NCBI GenBank assembly: GCA_040222015.1
Contig: JAVJWO010000130.1
Span: forward strand, 64,001-128,000
Origin: Coleofasciculus chthonoplastes F2-STO-03
Lineage (GTDB): Bacteria; Cyanobacteriota; Cyanobacteriia; Cyanobacteriales; Coleofasciculaceae
Direction of reading: 5' to 3'
DNA: 64,000 nucleotides
Below are positions 1-10,417 of this stretch, piece by piece. How positions within the stretch are numbered: the stretch's first letter is position 1; the number at the start of each line of letters is the position of its first letter. The notes under the pieces are model-generated. The model saw nothing but the letters and a program-made list of their open reading frames with translations. It made no database searches and was not told the origin of the DNA. The position numbers and the translations under genes are program-made.

Positions 1-475
1 TTAAACAATTAACTTTGACCCCCTCCATCATCAATAGATTGACCGATAGCTCCACAGGAATCTCTGTCTGATTACTGGCAATGAGGTAGAATTCCCTGTG
101 ACTATATCCGGCTTCATCTTTCTGCAATAGGGATTGGAAGAGGGGGACTTCGACCGGGTTAAGGTATTGTTTAAAGTTAGAGCCAATAACCGTTTCTAAA
201 TTTCTTTGCAAAAGATCGGCTAAACGGCGATTACAATACAGCAGTATGCCTTCAGATGTCAGCGTCGCTGCCCCCTCTTTCATTTGTTCCACAAACAGTC
301 GATAAGGTTCATCGGCACTCTGTAAGGTAAAAATCTGGTCGCCTTCGGGTCCTGATACGACTAACGCATCCACCTCACCCTGGCTAATTGCCTGCAATGT
401 TTCTTCCGCGACACTCAGGCGATCGCGTAAGTCTTGAAGTTCTTGTTCTAATTCCTCCCGTGTTTTTTCTGGCAT
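1..475 (-). CDS. PAS-domain sensor protein downstream of kaiB, runs off the window edge (probably a kinase or cyclase output protein)
   Basis: Manual translation from ATG 475: MPEKTREELEQELQDLRDRLSVAEETLQAISQGEVDALVVSGPEGDQIFTLQSADEPYRLFVEQMKEGAATLTSEGILLYCN..., open to position 1; coiled coil then PAS. Confidence 0.8.
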   Translation of the reverse strand, partial: MPEKTREELEQELQDLRDRLSVAEETLQAISQGEVDALVVSGPEGDQIFTLQSADEPYRLFVEQMKEGAATLTSEGILLYCNRRLADLLQRNLETVIGSNFKQYLNPVEVPLFQSLLQKDEAGYSHREFYLIASNQTEIPVELSVNLLMMEGVKVNCL

Positions 476-496
476 CGATTTAAACGTAATTTATAG

Positions 497-841
497 CTAA
501 TCATTTTTTGGCACAAGATCTAGCCCCACCATAATTTTTTCTTGCTTGGACATATCGCCAATAATCCGTTGTAATGGCATGGGCAGTGTTTTAATTAGGG
601 TGGGTGTGGCAAAAATCTGCGCTTGCTTAACCAATTCCGGTTGTTGATAAATATCGATAACCTCCAAGGTGTATCGTTCGGGAAGATAGTCTTCACAGAT
701 ACGTTTGATCATTTCAATGGCACGGATCGATTTTAACGTTGTTCCAGAAATATACAAGTGGAGACAGTAATGCGTTGTGTTGCTTTTAATTAGGGCTTGT
801 TCAAAGGCTTCTGTCGAACTTTTTATGTTTTCATCTTCCAT
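497..841 (-). CDS. kaiB: KaiB-family protein (second, more divergent copy)
   Basis: LHLYISG...LEVIDIYQQP...ATPTLIK.LP.PLQRIIGDMS KaiB motifs; adjacent to kaiC. Confidence 0.9.
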   Translation of the reverse strand: MEDENIKSSTEAFEQALIKSNTTHYCLHLYISGTTLKSIRAIEMIKRICEDYLPERYTLEVIDIYQQPELVKQAQIFATPTLIKTLPMPLQRIIGDMSKQEKIMVGLDLVPKND

Positions 842-885
842 TATTTTATCCTATTTGTTGATAAAATCACTTTGCCCTATACCTT

Positions 886-1206
886 CTAAATTTGTTCGGC
901 TTTTTGACGCAAATCGAGTCCTACCAAAACTTTTTCAGTATTGGATAAATCGCCAATAATTTGTTTGAGTGGCGCCGGAAGTTTCCGCACCAATGTCGGA
1001 ATCGCCACAATTTTGTCTCCTTTGGCAAGTTGAGGATTTTCGAGTAGATCAATCACTTCGATATGATATTTACCATTCAGGTGTTCCTCACAGATTTTTT
1101 TCAAGTTCGCAAATGCTTTAATTGATTTCGGGGTTTGCCCTGCTACATAGAGGCGCAATTGCCAAAATACTGATGCCTGATTGCTAATTTCTTGTAGAGT
1201 TTCCAT
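886..1206 (-). CDS. kaiB: KaiB-family protein (KaiB2-like)
   Basis: [12 protein letters not shown]...[10 protein letters not shown]...[10 protein letters not shown]...[20 protein letters not shown] 1206 preferred over 1248. Confidence 0.93.
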   Translation of the reverse strand: METLQEISNQASVFWQLRLYVAGQTPKSIKAFANLKKICEEHLNGKYHIEVIDLLENPQLAKGDKIVAIPTLVRKLPAPLKQIIGDLSNTEKVLVGLDLRQKAEQI

Positions 1207-1240
1207 AATTAAAAATACTTGAGAGATTAACCCCAGACGT

Positions 1241-2953
1241 CTACTCATTGCCCTGAATTAAATCCGCCTGACGAAGCTGCGCGATCGCGACTCGGTTTTG
1301 CTGTAGATTATCTTGCTGTGATTGCTCCTCCTGCATCATCTCTTCAATATTTTCCTCTTCCCGTTCTAGCTGTGCTTGCAAGGCGGTGATTTGGGATTGG
1401 AAAATCGCTTTCTGGCGGGCAAAATCACGGCGCTTGCGCTCAAATTGCTGTTTTCGAGTCAAATTCATGGCTTTTTCTTTTTCCGCTTGAATCTTTCGCG
1501 CCGTACCTGTCAGCACCATTCCTTCTCCCAAATAGACATCGACTAACTCGACTCCCTGCTTGGTTAATTTTAATTCCCGCACCTGATTCGAGTGTTTCAT
1601 CCCACGAGATTTGAGGATAAAAAATACACGATTGCGTTCGCCATTACTCTCCACAAAGCGCACCTCCAGCCAGGTATCCATTAACGAGGAAACGCCGATC
1701 TCAGTCTGCTCAACAGGCATCCCCCCTTGGATTAAATTCGTCAAAAATACCGTAATTTGTTGGGATTTTAGCAGATCAATCAGACGAAATAGAAAAGCTT
1801 TTGCCTGTAAGATAGTACCGCCCATAGTCAGATTACTCATCGGGTCAATAATCACAACCGTGGGCTGAAACTCTTTAATTAAACTGTGGATTTGTACCAG
1901 GTGCATTTCTAAGCCATAAGCCGTCGGACGTCTCGCCTGAAATCGTAACAAGCCTTGGTTGACAAATTCCGGTAAATTAATGCCAACCGATTGCATATTG
2001 CGGATAATTTGCTGCGGGGCTTCTTCAAAGGCAAAATAGAGACAGCGTTCACCCCGCCGACAAGTGGCTTCAGCAAAATGTGCCGCCAACGTCGTTTTCC
2101 CCGTTCCCGCTGTACCTGTGATCAGAATACTGCTACCACGAAAATATCCCTCCCCTCCCAGCATAGTGTCGAGGCGTTCAATCCCACTCGATATCCGTTC
2201 GTGGGTTACGGTATGATCTAATCCCACGGATGTAATCGGCAATACAGTAATCCCGTCTGAATTAATCAGAAAGGGATAGTCATTTGTCCCGTGACTAGAC
2301 CCCCGGTACTTGACAATTTGCAACTTACGGGTTGAAATATCTTCGTAAAGACGGTGATCGAGGCGAATCACGCAATCGGAAACATACTCTTCGATGCCAT
2401 AACGAGTCAGAGAGTTTTCCCCTTTTTCCCCGGTGACAATTGCCGTAACCCCTTTCGTTTTCAACCAGCGAAATAACCGCCGCAACTCTGCCCGGACAAT
2501 CGCCGTATTGGACAAGCCAGAAAACAGCACTTCAACGGTATCCAGAACAACTCGCTTGGCACCGATGGCGTCAATCGCACTGCCGAGGCGAATAAATAAA
2601 GCTTCTAAATCATAGTCCCCGGTTTCTTCAATCTCCTGCGGGTCAATATAAACATAATCAATCGAGAGTTTTTCTGTTGCCGTCAATTCTTCCAAATCCC
2701 AACCCAAAGACGTGACATTTTGGGTCAATTCTGCCGCCGTTTCTTCAAACGCCATGAACACACCCGGTTCTGAGTAGTCCAGGATACCCCGTACTATAAA
2801 CTCCATCCCCATTAACGTCTTTCCACACCCGGCTGTTCCACAAACCAGGGTTGTTCGTCCTAAAGGCAATCCACCATCAGTAATTTCGTCTAATCCTTTG
2901 ATCCCGCTTGGGCATTTGCGAAGTTGATTTTTGGCTAACGTGGTTTTTGACAC
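1241..2953 (-). CDS. kaiC: KaiC-family ATPase, KaiC2-like, with C-terminal coiled-coil extension
   Basis: Two RecA-like domains, Walker A GTAGCGKT and [11 protein letters not shown] motifs, SSLMDT phosphosite region; GAGGAG RBS before GTG start. Confidence 0.95.
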   Translation of the reverse strand: MSKTTLAKNQLRKCPSGIKGLDEITDGGLPLGRTTLVCGTAGCGKTLMGMEFIVRGILDYSEPGVFMAFEETAAELTQNVTSLGWDLEELTATEKLSIDYVYIDPQEIEETGDYDLEALFIRLGSAIDAIGAKRVVLDTVEVLFSGLSNTAIVRAELRRLFRWLKTKGVTAIVTGEKGENSLTRYGIEEYVSDCVIRLDHRLYEDISTRKLQIVKYRGSSHGTNDYPFLINSDGITVLPITSVGLDHTVTHERISSGIERLDTMLGGEGYFRGSSILITGTAGTGKTTLAAHFAEATCRRGERCLYFAFEEAPQQIIRNMQSVGINLPEFVNQGLLRFQARRPTAYGLEMHLVQIHSLIKEFQPTVVIIDPMSNLTMGGTILQAKAFLFRLIDLLKSQQITVFLTNLIQGGMPVEQTEIGVSSLMDTWLEVRFVESNGERNRVFFILKSRGMKHSNQVRELKLTKQGVELVDVYLGEGMVLTGTARKIQAEKEKAMNLTRKQQFERKRRDFARQKAIFQSQITALQAQLEREEENIEEMMQEEQSQQDNLQQNRVAIAQLRQADLIQGNE

Positions 2954-3379
2954 GGATTGCCCCTCCTCAGAATGGTGTTAGTCGTGGATTGGTGAGAATT
3001 AGCCACCATTATCCATCCCCTCATCTTATCGGGAAAAAACGAGGAATTTATGACGATTGGAGGCAGAGGGTAGCCGAACAGCTTAGACTGGCAACAATAA
3101 GAAGATAAACTTCTACACTCGTAAACTATCCCCATCCCCCAATGACTCGATTTCCTCACGACCAATTCGCCAAGGATTATCTTGACCAACTCTTGTCCCC
3201 AATCGGAAAAGTGGAAACCAGTCGCGACATTGCTGGGGAAGTGCGAGAGGTTGACGTTTTATTTATCCCCACCTCTATCTCAGATGACTACCTCCTCTCT
3301 CTGGGACTTTTAGGACGCTTTGTCACAACTGCTGCTGTCTTTGAACCGTTATGTAATACCTACACAAGTCTAGGCAAAG

Positions 3380-4552
3380 TTACTTATATCTAGGCTTGCT
3401 GCTTACTTCCTGCTTCACTCTGGTGGTGTCGGCACTCGACCAGTCCACAGGCTCTCCCCCACCTAACTGGCGGAACCATTCCAAATTAATGGATGCATTA
3501 AAATCGCGGTCAAGTTCTAACCCGCAATTGTCGCACCGGAAAACTCGCTCAGATAAAGGCATCTCCTCTTTGACGGTATGGCATCTTGAGCAAGTTTTAG
3601 TTGAGGGATACCATCGGTCTACCATGATTAAGGTTGACCCATACAATTGGCACTTGTACTCTAATTGGCGTTTAAACTCGTGAAAACCCATATCCTGAAT
3701 AGCTTTCGCCAGTTTGTGATTAGCCATCATGCCGGACACGTTCAAGTTTTCTATTCCTATCCGGCTGTGGTTTTGGGCTAGATAAGAGGTGAGCTTGTGT
3801 AACGTGTCTTTTCTGATGTTGGCTATCCTCCGGTGCAAACGGGCTATCTTGACTTGGGAAGACTTCCAGTTGGCTGAGCCGATTTGCTTATGACGGTTCA
3901 GCCATTGCAGGCGAGAGAGTTTTTTCTCATACTTTCGGTAAGCTTTCGCCCCCTCCACTACAATCCCGGTAGACAACACCGCTAACGCTTTTATGCCCAG
4001 ATCGACACCCACTACAGGGTGAGGTTTGGGGCGATTGATTGGCTCATATTCCAGCTTAAAACTGATAAACCATCTATCAGCCGTCCTGGATATGGTGACG
4101 GATTTGGGCTGAAACTGAACGGGTAGCCGTTCATGCGTCTTCAAGCAACCAATGACCGGAACTCTAATTTTAAAATGGTCAAGCTTGATTGACCCATCTA
4201 GAGTAAAGCTGTCATGCTTTCCCTTGCGCTTAAAGCGAGGCGGTTTTTTATTTTTTTTAAACGCATCCTTCCAAGCTTGAGCTAATTGCCTAAGCGCATG
4301 TTGGGGAGCGCATTTACTCACCTCATAATACCAAGGGTAGATAGGTTTAACCAACGCTACCAGCCACTTGTGTAAATCAATCCCAGTGGGAAACTTTATT
4401 TTATCCTCTGGGTTATCCCGATTGTGGTCAAGTATCTGCTTAGTCAAACCCAAACCCCAGTTCCAAGAATGACGGGCAACGCCTGCGTGCTTGGCTAATG
4501 CCGTTCGCTGTTTGTTGTTTAAATTTAATTCAGTCTTGAACCCTAAAAGCAT
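3380..4552 (-). CDS. tnpB: RNA-guided endonuclease TnpB
   Basis: RuvC residues VGVDLG / IGIENL / DRDFNAS, zinc finger CSRC...CDNC; start MLLGFKTEL at 4552. Confidence 0.93.
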   Translation of the reverse strand: MLLGFKTELNLNNKQRTALAKHAGVARHSWNWGLGLTKQILDHNRDNPEDKIKFPTGIDLHKWLVALVKPIYPWYYEVSKCAPQHALRQLAQAWKDAFKKNKKPPRFKRKGKHDSFTLDGSIKLDHFKIRVPVIGCLKTHERLPVQFQPKSVTISRTADRWFISFKLEYEPINRPKPHPVVGVDLGIKALAVLSTGIVVEGAKAYRKYEKKLSRLQWLNRHKQIGSANWKSSQVKIARLHRRIANIRKDTLHKLTSYLAQNHSRIGIENLNVSGMMANHKLAKAIQDMGFHEFKRQLEYKCQLYGSTLIMVDRWYPSTKTCSRCHTVKEEMPLSERVFRCDNCGLELDRDFNASINLEWFRQLGGGEPVDWSSADTTRVKQEVSSKPRYK

Positions 4553-4586
4553 AATTTGGTAAGACTTGTTGGGGCGTATAATAGCT

Positions 4587-4615
4587 AGTATACTTACATA
4601 AACCAATATTGACAA
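4587..4615 (-). promoter_or_regulatory. Candidate sigma70 promoter for tnpB
   Basis: Minus strand TTGTCA-N17-TATACT, about 35 bp upstream of ATG 4552. Confidence 0.55.
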
Positions 4616-4794
4616 TGCCATTCCAGAAAAATAATCGATTTGCCGCTAAAAGAATGCTAGACAAGCCGTTAGACAAAGATCCTATCTGCTTTAAGGGATA
4701 TGAAGGGCAAAAGGAAAAACTGAAGTCTGTCCCCAACTGGCAAGAGCAGATAAGGCAGTTTGTAGATGAACTGATATCTGGGCAAAATGCATAA
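4615..4794 (+). CDS. Small 59-aa protein inside the tnpB element, divergent from tnpB
   Basis: MPFQKNN...PICFKGYEGQKEKLKSVPNWQEQIRQFVDELI; strand-helix-helix pattern; TATAAT at 4577-4582. Confidence 0.6.
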   Translation: MPFQKNNRFAAKRMLDKPLDKDPICFKGYEGQKEKLKSVPNWQEQIRQFVDELISGQNA

Positions 4795-5367
4795 ATCTGC
4801 CCAGATATGCATAGATGCTAGATTACAGCTCTTTCCCCTTTCGCAACGCCGTCACTGCCGATCAAATTTGTGATTGTCTAGCGAAACTGTTTGACCTACA
4901 TCGGGAATTGAGACGACGCGCCAGACGGGAGTCCACTTCCATTAAGTTGAGTGAACTCTCCCAACTATGGATACTCACCCCCACCGCCTCAACACCCTTA
5001 CTCGATAGCTTTGGAGCCTTCAGTGACGAGCAAAACTGGTTAAGTGGACTCTACTTTCTCCCCCAGGCTTTCCGAACAGCCATCGTCGTCATCCACCAAC
5101 TCCCCCGTACCCCCCAAACCCTATGGCTGAGACTTCTGGGAAAGGGCAGAGTCCAACAGCAAGCCATCGAGGAGATCACCGCATTATCCGAAGACAGCCA
5201 AAGGCGGGAGTCTACGAAGCGAGTTATTGTATAACTTGCAAGCCAACTTACAAGCCAATCAAGAACAACCCTTAGACACAGAGGAGAGGGAGTTAATTAT
5301 GGCATTAGCACCCCTTTATCGGCAACAACTGGATGCGGCTCGGCAACAAGCCAGGGAAGAAGCTATG

Positions 5368-5460
5368 CAACAGGGATTACAACAGGGATTACAACAGGAA
5401 TTACAACAGGGATTACAACAAGGATTACAGCAGGGATTACAGCAGGGATTACAACAGGGA
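5368..5460 (+). repeat. 12-bp coding tandem repeat CAACAGGGATTA (QQGL)n, about 8 units
   Basis: Directly visible. Confidence 0.95.
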
Positions 5461-5853
5461 CAACGGCTGATTATCGAAAACGTTCTCCAGACTCGCTTGG
5501 GACAGTTAACCTCTACCCTCGCTGCTTTAATCACTCCCTTATCGGCATTGCCCTCTCAGCAGTTAACTCCCTTTCTACTGCAACTGTCTCAACTCGAAAA
5601 TAGTGAATCAGGAATTCAACAAGCACAGCGTTTCATTGTCGAAAATTTACTCAGAATTCGTTTTGGAGAATTGGACGCTCAACTCACCGCACTTGTCACT
5701 CCTTTATTAGGATTACCCCCCAAGACTTAAGCCAATACCTCTCACAATTGTCTCAGCTATCCCGTGAGCAACTCCTGGCTCGATTTCCCCAAGCCAGTTC
5801 TTAAACGTGCCGTTGTCGTTCCCTCAGAGGAGCAGATGAAAAATAACTAGATA

Positions 5854-7425
5854 TTACTGAACTGATTCTTTATAAACTGGCAATGTAAAATAAAAGGTAC
5901 TTCCAGAACCTAGGTTACTTTCCGCCCAAATTTCTCCCCCATGTTGCTGGATAATGCTGCGGCAAATCGCCAATCCTAAACCGGTACCTCCTTTTTGGCG
6001 GGAATCGGAAACATCGACTTGCTGAAATCGCCCAAAGATGCGTTCAAGGTGTTCCGTGGGAATTCCTCGTCCTTGGTCGGTAACTTGAAATAAAATACAA
6101 TCTGACTGATGTTGCACACCCACGGTGATCGTCGTATTACTCTCAGAAAACTTGATCGCATTACTCAACAGATTCGTCAGGGTTTGAATAATCGCATCAG
6201 GGGCAACATAGACTTGAGCCGATAGGGGAGTCACCTGGATAGAAATTTCCGCCGCCGCCGCGATCGCATCTATCGCTTCCACGGAATGTTTGATTAAATC
6301 TGCCACATTGCAGACTTCCTTGACTAGCGTCACTTGACCTGAATCCAAGCGTTCTAAACTGAGGATGTCATTCACCAACCGCCCTAAGCGATCGCAGTCT
6401 CCCGCCGCAATATCTAACATCTGTTTGGCTTTGTCGGGTTGATTATCATAAACTCCCATCTTAAGTAAACCCAGAGAACCGCGCATTGAGGTGAGTGGGG
6501 TGCGAAGTTCATGACTCACCAGGGAGATAAATTCATTTTTCATCCGTTCCACCGCTTGACGCTGGGTAATATCTTCGCCAATACTCATCGTTCCGGCGAT
6601 CGCACCAGTAATATCTCTTAGTACGGTATTGTTCCACGCAATCAGTCGTTCTTCACCGGATTTGGTCAGAATGGAGTTCTGGTAGTAGGCGTGGCTGTTG
6701 TGGTATAAAAGCTCATGAAAAACCTGTTTTAGTTGCGGCTGATGGGAGGGTGGGATAAATAGAGTGAACCAGTTTTTGCCAACAGCTTCAGCTTGAGTAT
6801 AACCCGTTAAGCCTAAGCCAAAGGGGTTGATATACTCCACATTTCCCTGCCAATCTAAGCCGACAACCAGCAGTTGCACATTCTCCAGGAGGGATCGCCA
6901 TCGACGTTCCGTTTCTTGCAGGATCTGTTGGGTTTGATGACGCACGCGAATCTCTTGCTGTAAGCAGGTATTTTGTTCGGTGAGTTGCTGGGTTAACGCC
7001 CGCAGTTGCAGGTGAGTCTTAACGCGAAGTAACACCTCTTCAAGCTGAATTGGCTTGCTGATATAGTCTACAGCGCCCAGCTTTAGCCCCTTAATCTTGT
7101 AACTGGGATTGCCGCGATCGGCAACTGCTGTCATAAAAATAACTGGAATATCTTGGGTTTCTTCCTGCGCTTTTAAACGACGACAGACTTCAAACCCGTC
7201 CATTTCTGGCATCACCACATCTAACAAAATTAGATCCGGTGAAGTTATTGCCACAATTTTTAACGCTTGAACGCCACTTTTAACCGCGAGGACGTTAAAT
7301 CCTGCTTTCATTAAACAATCTGAGACTAATTGCAGATTAGCCACAGTATCATCAACCAATAAAATTTGGGGCAAGGATGAGGACATGAATGGACTGGCAT
7401 GACTGAATTTTGCAAAAAGCGGCAC
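5854..7425 (-). CDS. Hybrid sensor kinase REC-PAS-HisKA-HATPase
   Basis: LLVDD/ILLDVVMP/YISKP receiver, SHELRTPL H-box, NLLSNAIKFS, DQGRGI, GGTGLGL. Confidence 0.95.
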   Translation of the reverse strand: MPLFAKFSHASPFMSSSLPQILLVDDTVANLQLVSDCLMKAGFNVLAVKSGVQALKIVAITSPDLILLDVVMPEMDGFEVCRRLKAQEETQDIPVIFMTAVADRGNPSYKIKGLKLGAVDYISKPIQLEEVLLRVKTHLQLRALTQQLTEQNTCLQQEIRVRHQTQQILQETERRWRSLLENVQLLVVGLDWQGNVEYINPFGLGLTGYTQAEAVGKNWFTLFIPPSHQPQLKQVFHELLYHNSHAYYQNSILTKSGEERLIAWNNTVLRDITGAIAGTMSIGEDITQRQAVERMKNEFISLVSHELRTPLTSMRGSLGLLKMGVYDNQPDKAKQMLDIAAGDCDRLGRLVNDILSLERLDSGQVTLVKEVCNVADLIKHSVEAIDAIAAAAEISIQVTPLSAQVYVAPDAIIQTLTNLLSNAIKFSESNTTITVGVQHQSDCILFQVTDQGRGIPTEHLERIFGRFQQVDVSDSRQKGGTGLGLAICRSIIQQHGGEIWAESNLGSGSTFYFTLPVYKESVQ

Positions 7426-7655
7426 GTTGCCGTTTTTATTGTTGCATAAGTGGGTGAGTTTAAACTCATGCCTTGCGCTTTCTTTGTTTTCAAAAAAAAC
7501 CTATCTCTTTCCCCTCTTGCCTTGTGCCTTGTGTTTTGTGCCTTTTTCCCAGGTTGCTGTGTTGACGACCCAAATGAAAACACTATACTAGGTTGGCAGA
7601 ATTGGCTGATTAAAAATTTCTGTGGGCAAGGCTAATGTACAACAAAATAATTACT

Positions 7656-7669
7656 GTATAATTAACTAC
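7656..7669. promoter_or_regulatory. NtcA-type site GTA-N8-TAC
   Basis: tGTATAATTAACTACa upstream of the 5854-7425 kinase; TAGCCT (TAN3T) 21 nt downstream on the minus strand. Confidence 0.55.
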
Positions 7670-7775
7670 AAAAAAATAACTTATATTTAATGGATAAGTT
7701 TTTTAATGTTAAATACTGTAAATAAACGTATCCCCACTGTTAACTTTAACTTTTCCGACTTCCTTAACAGCTTAG

Positions 7776-9926
7776 TCAAGCGCCGATGGCTTGCCGTAAC
7801 CATTGAACTCGACCCAATTGTTTCGTTTTATGGCTCAGAGTTATCGGGATTTCAATCACAAACTCTGTGCCGATACCCACTTGAGAATTACAGGTAATTT
7901 TTCCTTTGTGTTTCTCAATAATTTGATAACTTACAGCTAATCCCAATCCTGTCCCTTGTCCTACAGGTTTTGTGGTGAAAAACGGTTCAAACAAATGCTC
8001 TTGCAAATGAGCAGGAATACCTAAACCATTATCGCAAATCCGAATAATCACCGTTGAGTTTAACTCAGCTATTTCCGTACTAATCCCAATCTGAGGGATA
8101 AAAGAATCATTCTGCTGGCTTTTTTCTTCTAACGCCTCAATCGCATTACTGAGAACATTAATAAACACTTGATTGAGTTGACCTGGATAACATTCCACTT
8201 TAGGTAACATCGCCAATTCTTTATTCACTTCAATAACCGCTTGATGGGGCTTTTTGTGGAAGCGATTCTGTAAAAGTATCAAGGTACTCTCCAACCTCTG
8301 ATTTAAATCAGTTGTCTTCATCTGGGCTTCATTCAGGTGGGAAAAATGCTGGAGCGATCGCACAATTTGCTGAATCCGGGCGACCCCTTCTCGAATCGAG
8401 TTGAGGGCTTTGGGAAAGTCTGTCCTGAGAAAGTCAAGCTCAACCGCTTCCATTTGCTCTTGAATCGGGGCAACAGGGTGAGGATAATACTGTTGATAGA
8501 GATCAATCAATTTGAGCAAATCAAACCCATATTGATGGGCAAAGCTAACATTTCCGGCAATAAAGCTCATGGGATTATTAATCTCATGAGCAATACCCGC
8601 CACTAACTGTCCCAAGGATGCCATTTTTTTTGTTTGTACCAATTGTGCTTGGGCATTTTTAAGTTCACACAAGGCAAGTTCTAACTGATACGCTTTTTTC
8701 CGTTCCCGCGCTTCTGACTCTCGCAAAGCGTCCTCCGCTTGTCTGCGATCGCTAATATCCCGATGAGTCCCTGTCATCCTTACCGGGTTCCCCGCTTTAT
8801 CCCACTCAAAGACTTTACCACGAGACAGAATCCACTTCCATTCGCCCGTTTTACATCGCATCCGGAATTCGACTTCATAGGCAGGAATTAGCCGATCAAG
8901 ATAAGCATTTAATCCGGCTTTCACTCTCGATAAATCCTCAGGATGCACCAATTGTTCAAACGCCTGAAAATTATCGTCAATTTCCTCTGGTTCATACCCC
9001 AGCATCCCTTTCCACTGGGGATTAAAATAAATATCTCCAGTGATTAATTGCCAATCCCACAACCCCAAATCACTACCGGATAACGCCATTTGCAGTCGTT
9101 CTTCGGAAATGCGTAAGGCGGATTGAGTTAAAACCTGTTCCGTAATATCATTCAGGGTTCCTGTGGTTCCAGAAACCGTACCATCGGCGGCAAAATTTGT
9201 CCGTGCATGTACCTCTAACCAACGAATGTCACCCGATTTTGTCAGATAGCGTACTGTAGGGCGACAGGATTGTTGAACTCCAGTAATCAGTTCATCAAAG
9301 TTGTCTCGCCCCTTTTGTAAGTCATCCGGATGAATACCATTTAAAAATGATGTCCCGATACTTTCAGCGATGGCAAACCCCGTAATTTCTGTCCAAGCCC
9401 GATTTAGAAATGTCCAATGTTCCTGGGTATCGGTTTGGAAAATGACTTCTTTGACATTATCGATAACTGAACAATATTTTTCCTGATTCAACCGTTGAGA
9501 TTCTTGGCGTTGCTGATTGTCAATAGCATAACGCAATGCCCGAATTAAGCGATAAACTTTGAGATTTTCCGTTACCTGATCATCCGGTGTCCCCGCTTGG
9601 ATAACTTGCAGAGTTAAGGGTTCATCCGCGTTAGCCCTTAATCCGAGAATTGGCAGAGTTAAGCCCAACTGTTTGATCTGAGTAACCGTATCGAAAACGT
9701 GCGAATCAGCGTTGGACAGATGGACAACGACAAGATCGAACGCTTCCTGACTTAATCGGGTTAGGGCTTGACAACTCTGCCTAACTTGTTGGATAATAAA
9801 TGAATATCTAATTTCAGAAAATAATCCTTCTCCCAGCAGTTTTATCGTTTGGTAACCATCTTCGACGATGAGAACCTTCAGCGATATAGGGTTGGGGTTT
9901 TGCGTAGGTTCGAGTACCGATAACAT
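7776..9926 (-). CDS. Histidine kinase with degenerate N-terminal receiver and two PAS domains
   Basis: IHPDD and VHPED PAS motifs, GIAHEINNP H-box, PFFTTKPVGQGTGLGL; receiver phospho-Asp position reads VVVHLS. Confidence 0.92.
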   Translation of the reverse strand: MLSVLEPTQNPNPISLKVLIVEDGYQTIKLLGEGLFSEIRYSFIIQQVRQSCQALTRLSQEAFDLVVVHLSNADSHVFDTVTQIKQLGLTLPILGLRANADEPLTLQVIQAGTPDDQVTENLKVYRLIRALRYAIDNQQRQESQRLNQEKYCSVIDNVKEVIFQTDTQEHWTFLNRAWTEITGFAIAESIGTSFLNGIHPDDLQKGRDNFDELITGVQQSCRPTVRYLTKSGDIRWLEVHARTNFAADGTVSGTTGTLNDITEQVLTQSALRISEERLQMALSGSDLGLWDWQLITGDIYFNPQWKGMLGYEPEEIDDNFQAFEQLVHPEDLSRVKAGLNAYLDRLIPAYEVEFRMRCKTGEWKWILSRGKVFEWDKAGNPVRMTGTHRDISDRRQAEDALRESEARERKKAYQLELALCELKNAQAQLVQTKKMASLGQLVAGIAHEINNPMSFIAGNVSFAHQYGFDLLKLIDLYQQYYPHPVAPIQEQMEAVELDFLRTDFPKALNSIREGVARIQQIVRSLQHFSHLNEAQMKTTDLNQRLESTLILLQNRFHKKPHQAVIEVNKELAMLPKVECYPGQLNQVFINVLSNAIEALEEKSQQNDSFIPQIGISTEIAELNSTVIIRICDNGLGIPAHLQEHLFEPFFTTKPVGQGTGLGLAVSYQIIEKHKGKITCNSQVGIGTEFVIEIPITLSHKTKQLGRVQWLRQAIGA

Positions 9927-10373
9927 AAGATTTGCCTAAAAACTTGTTTCTACTAAGTTTGACTGTTATTTAAGAGGGAAAAACATGCTGTAGCAAATTC
10001 AGCTATGACAGTTTATCAACTGAACTACAGTTGGCACACCTACTCTGGTTATAATTTCTATTCAGAATGCTTTCAAAGCTCTGCCAATTTATTCAAATCC
10101 AGATAAATTATCGAAGTTGTGATTTCATGATAGTTAGGGATTCGGTGATCAATTCATATTTTTAATATTAATTTAATTTATACTTAATATAAGTTCAAAC
10201 TATAAAGATCCTATTCGTTGTTCGTTGTCATTTATCCAGGGTAATTGACTAGAGGATTCGCTACCGCTCAGTTGATACTTTGGTCGGCATTCCCCACCCG
10301 TTAACCCTTACGGGTATAACGGGCGCCCCCTGCTGACATTAAGTTGGATGTGGTGCGATCGCGCTCGTCGGGT

Positions 10374-10416
10374 CATAAGGTGAAGGGAAGCTCCCCCAGC
10401 TTCCCTTCACCTTATG
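10374..10416 (-). terminator. Perfect 19-bp inverted repeat just after the amidotransferase stop
   Basis: CATAAGGTGAAGGGAAGCT-CCCCC-AGCTTCCCTTCACCTTATG. Confidence 0.65.
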
Positions 10417-10417
10417 C

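Larger units (their letters stand above)
3351..4840 (-). mobile_element. Non-autonomous tnpB-carrying IS element (IS200/IS605 or IS607 group)
   Basis: Precise excision restores the host reading frame; contains tnpB; subterminal hairpin 4774-4808; no transposase ORF. Confidence 0.85.
3142..5804 (+). pseudogene. Cyanobacterial MTRFPHDQFAK-type (Rpn-like) gene disrupted by a tnpB element and two frameshifts
   Basis: Removing 3351-4840 restores ...AVFEP-F-RNAVT...; further frame changes near 5215 and in the C run at 5716-5721; natural end ...LLARFPQASS* at 5804. Confidence 0.8.

Noticed and set aside
5316..5534. Cys-rich (CCNP)n ORF resembling a metallothionein or RiPP precursor
   Set aside because: It is the antisense reading of the QQGL 12-bp repeat
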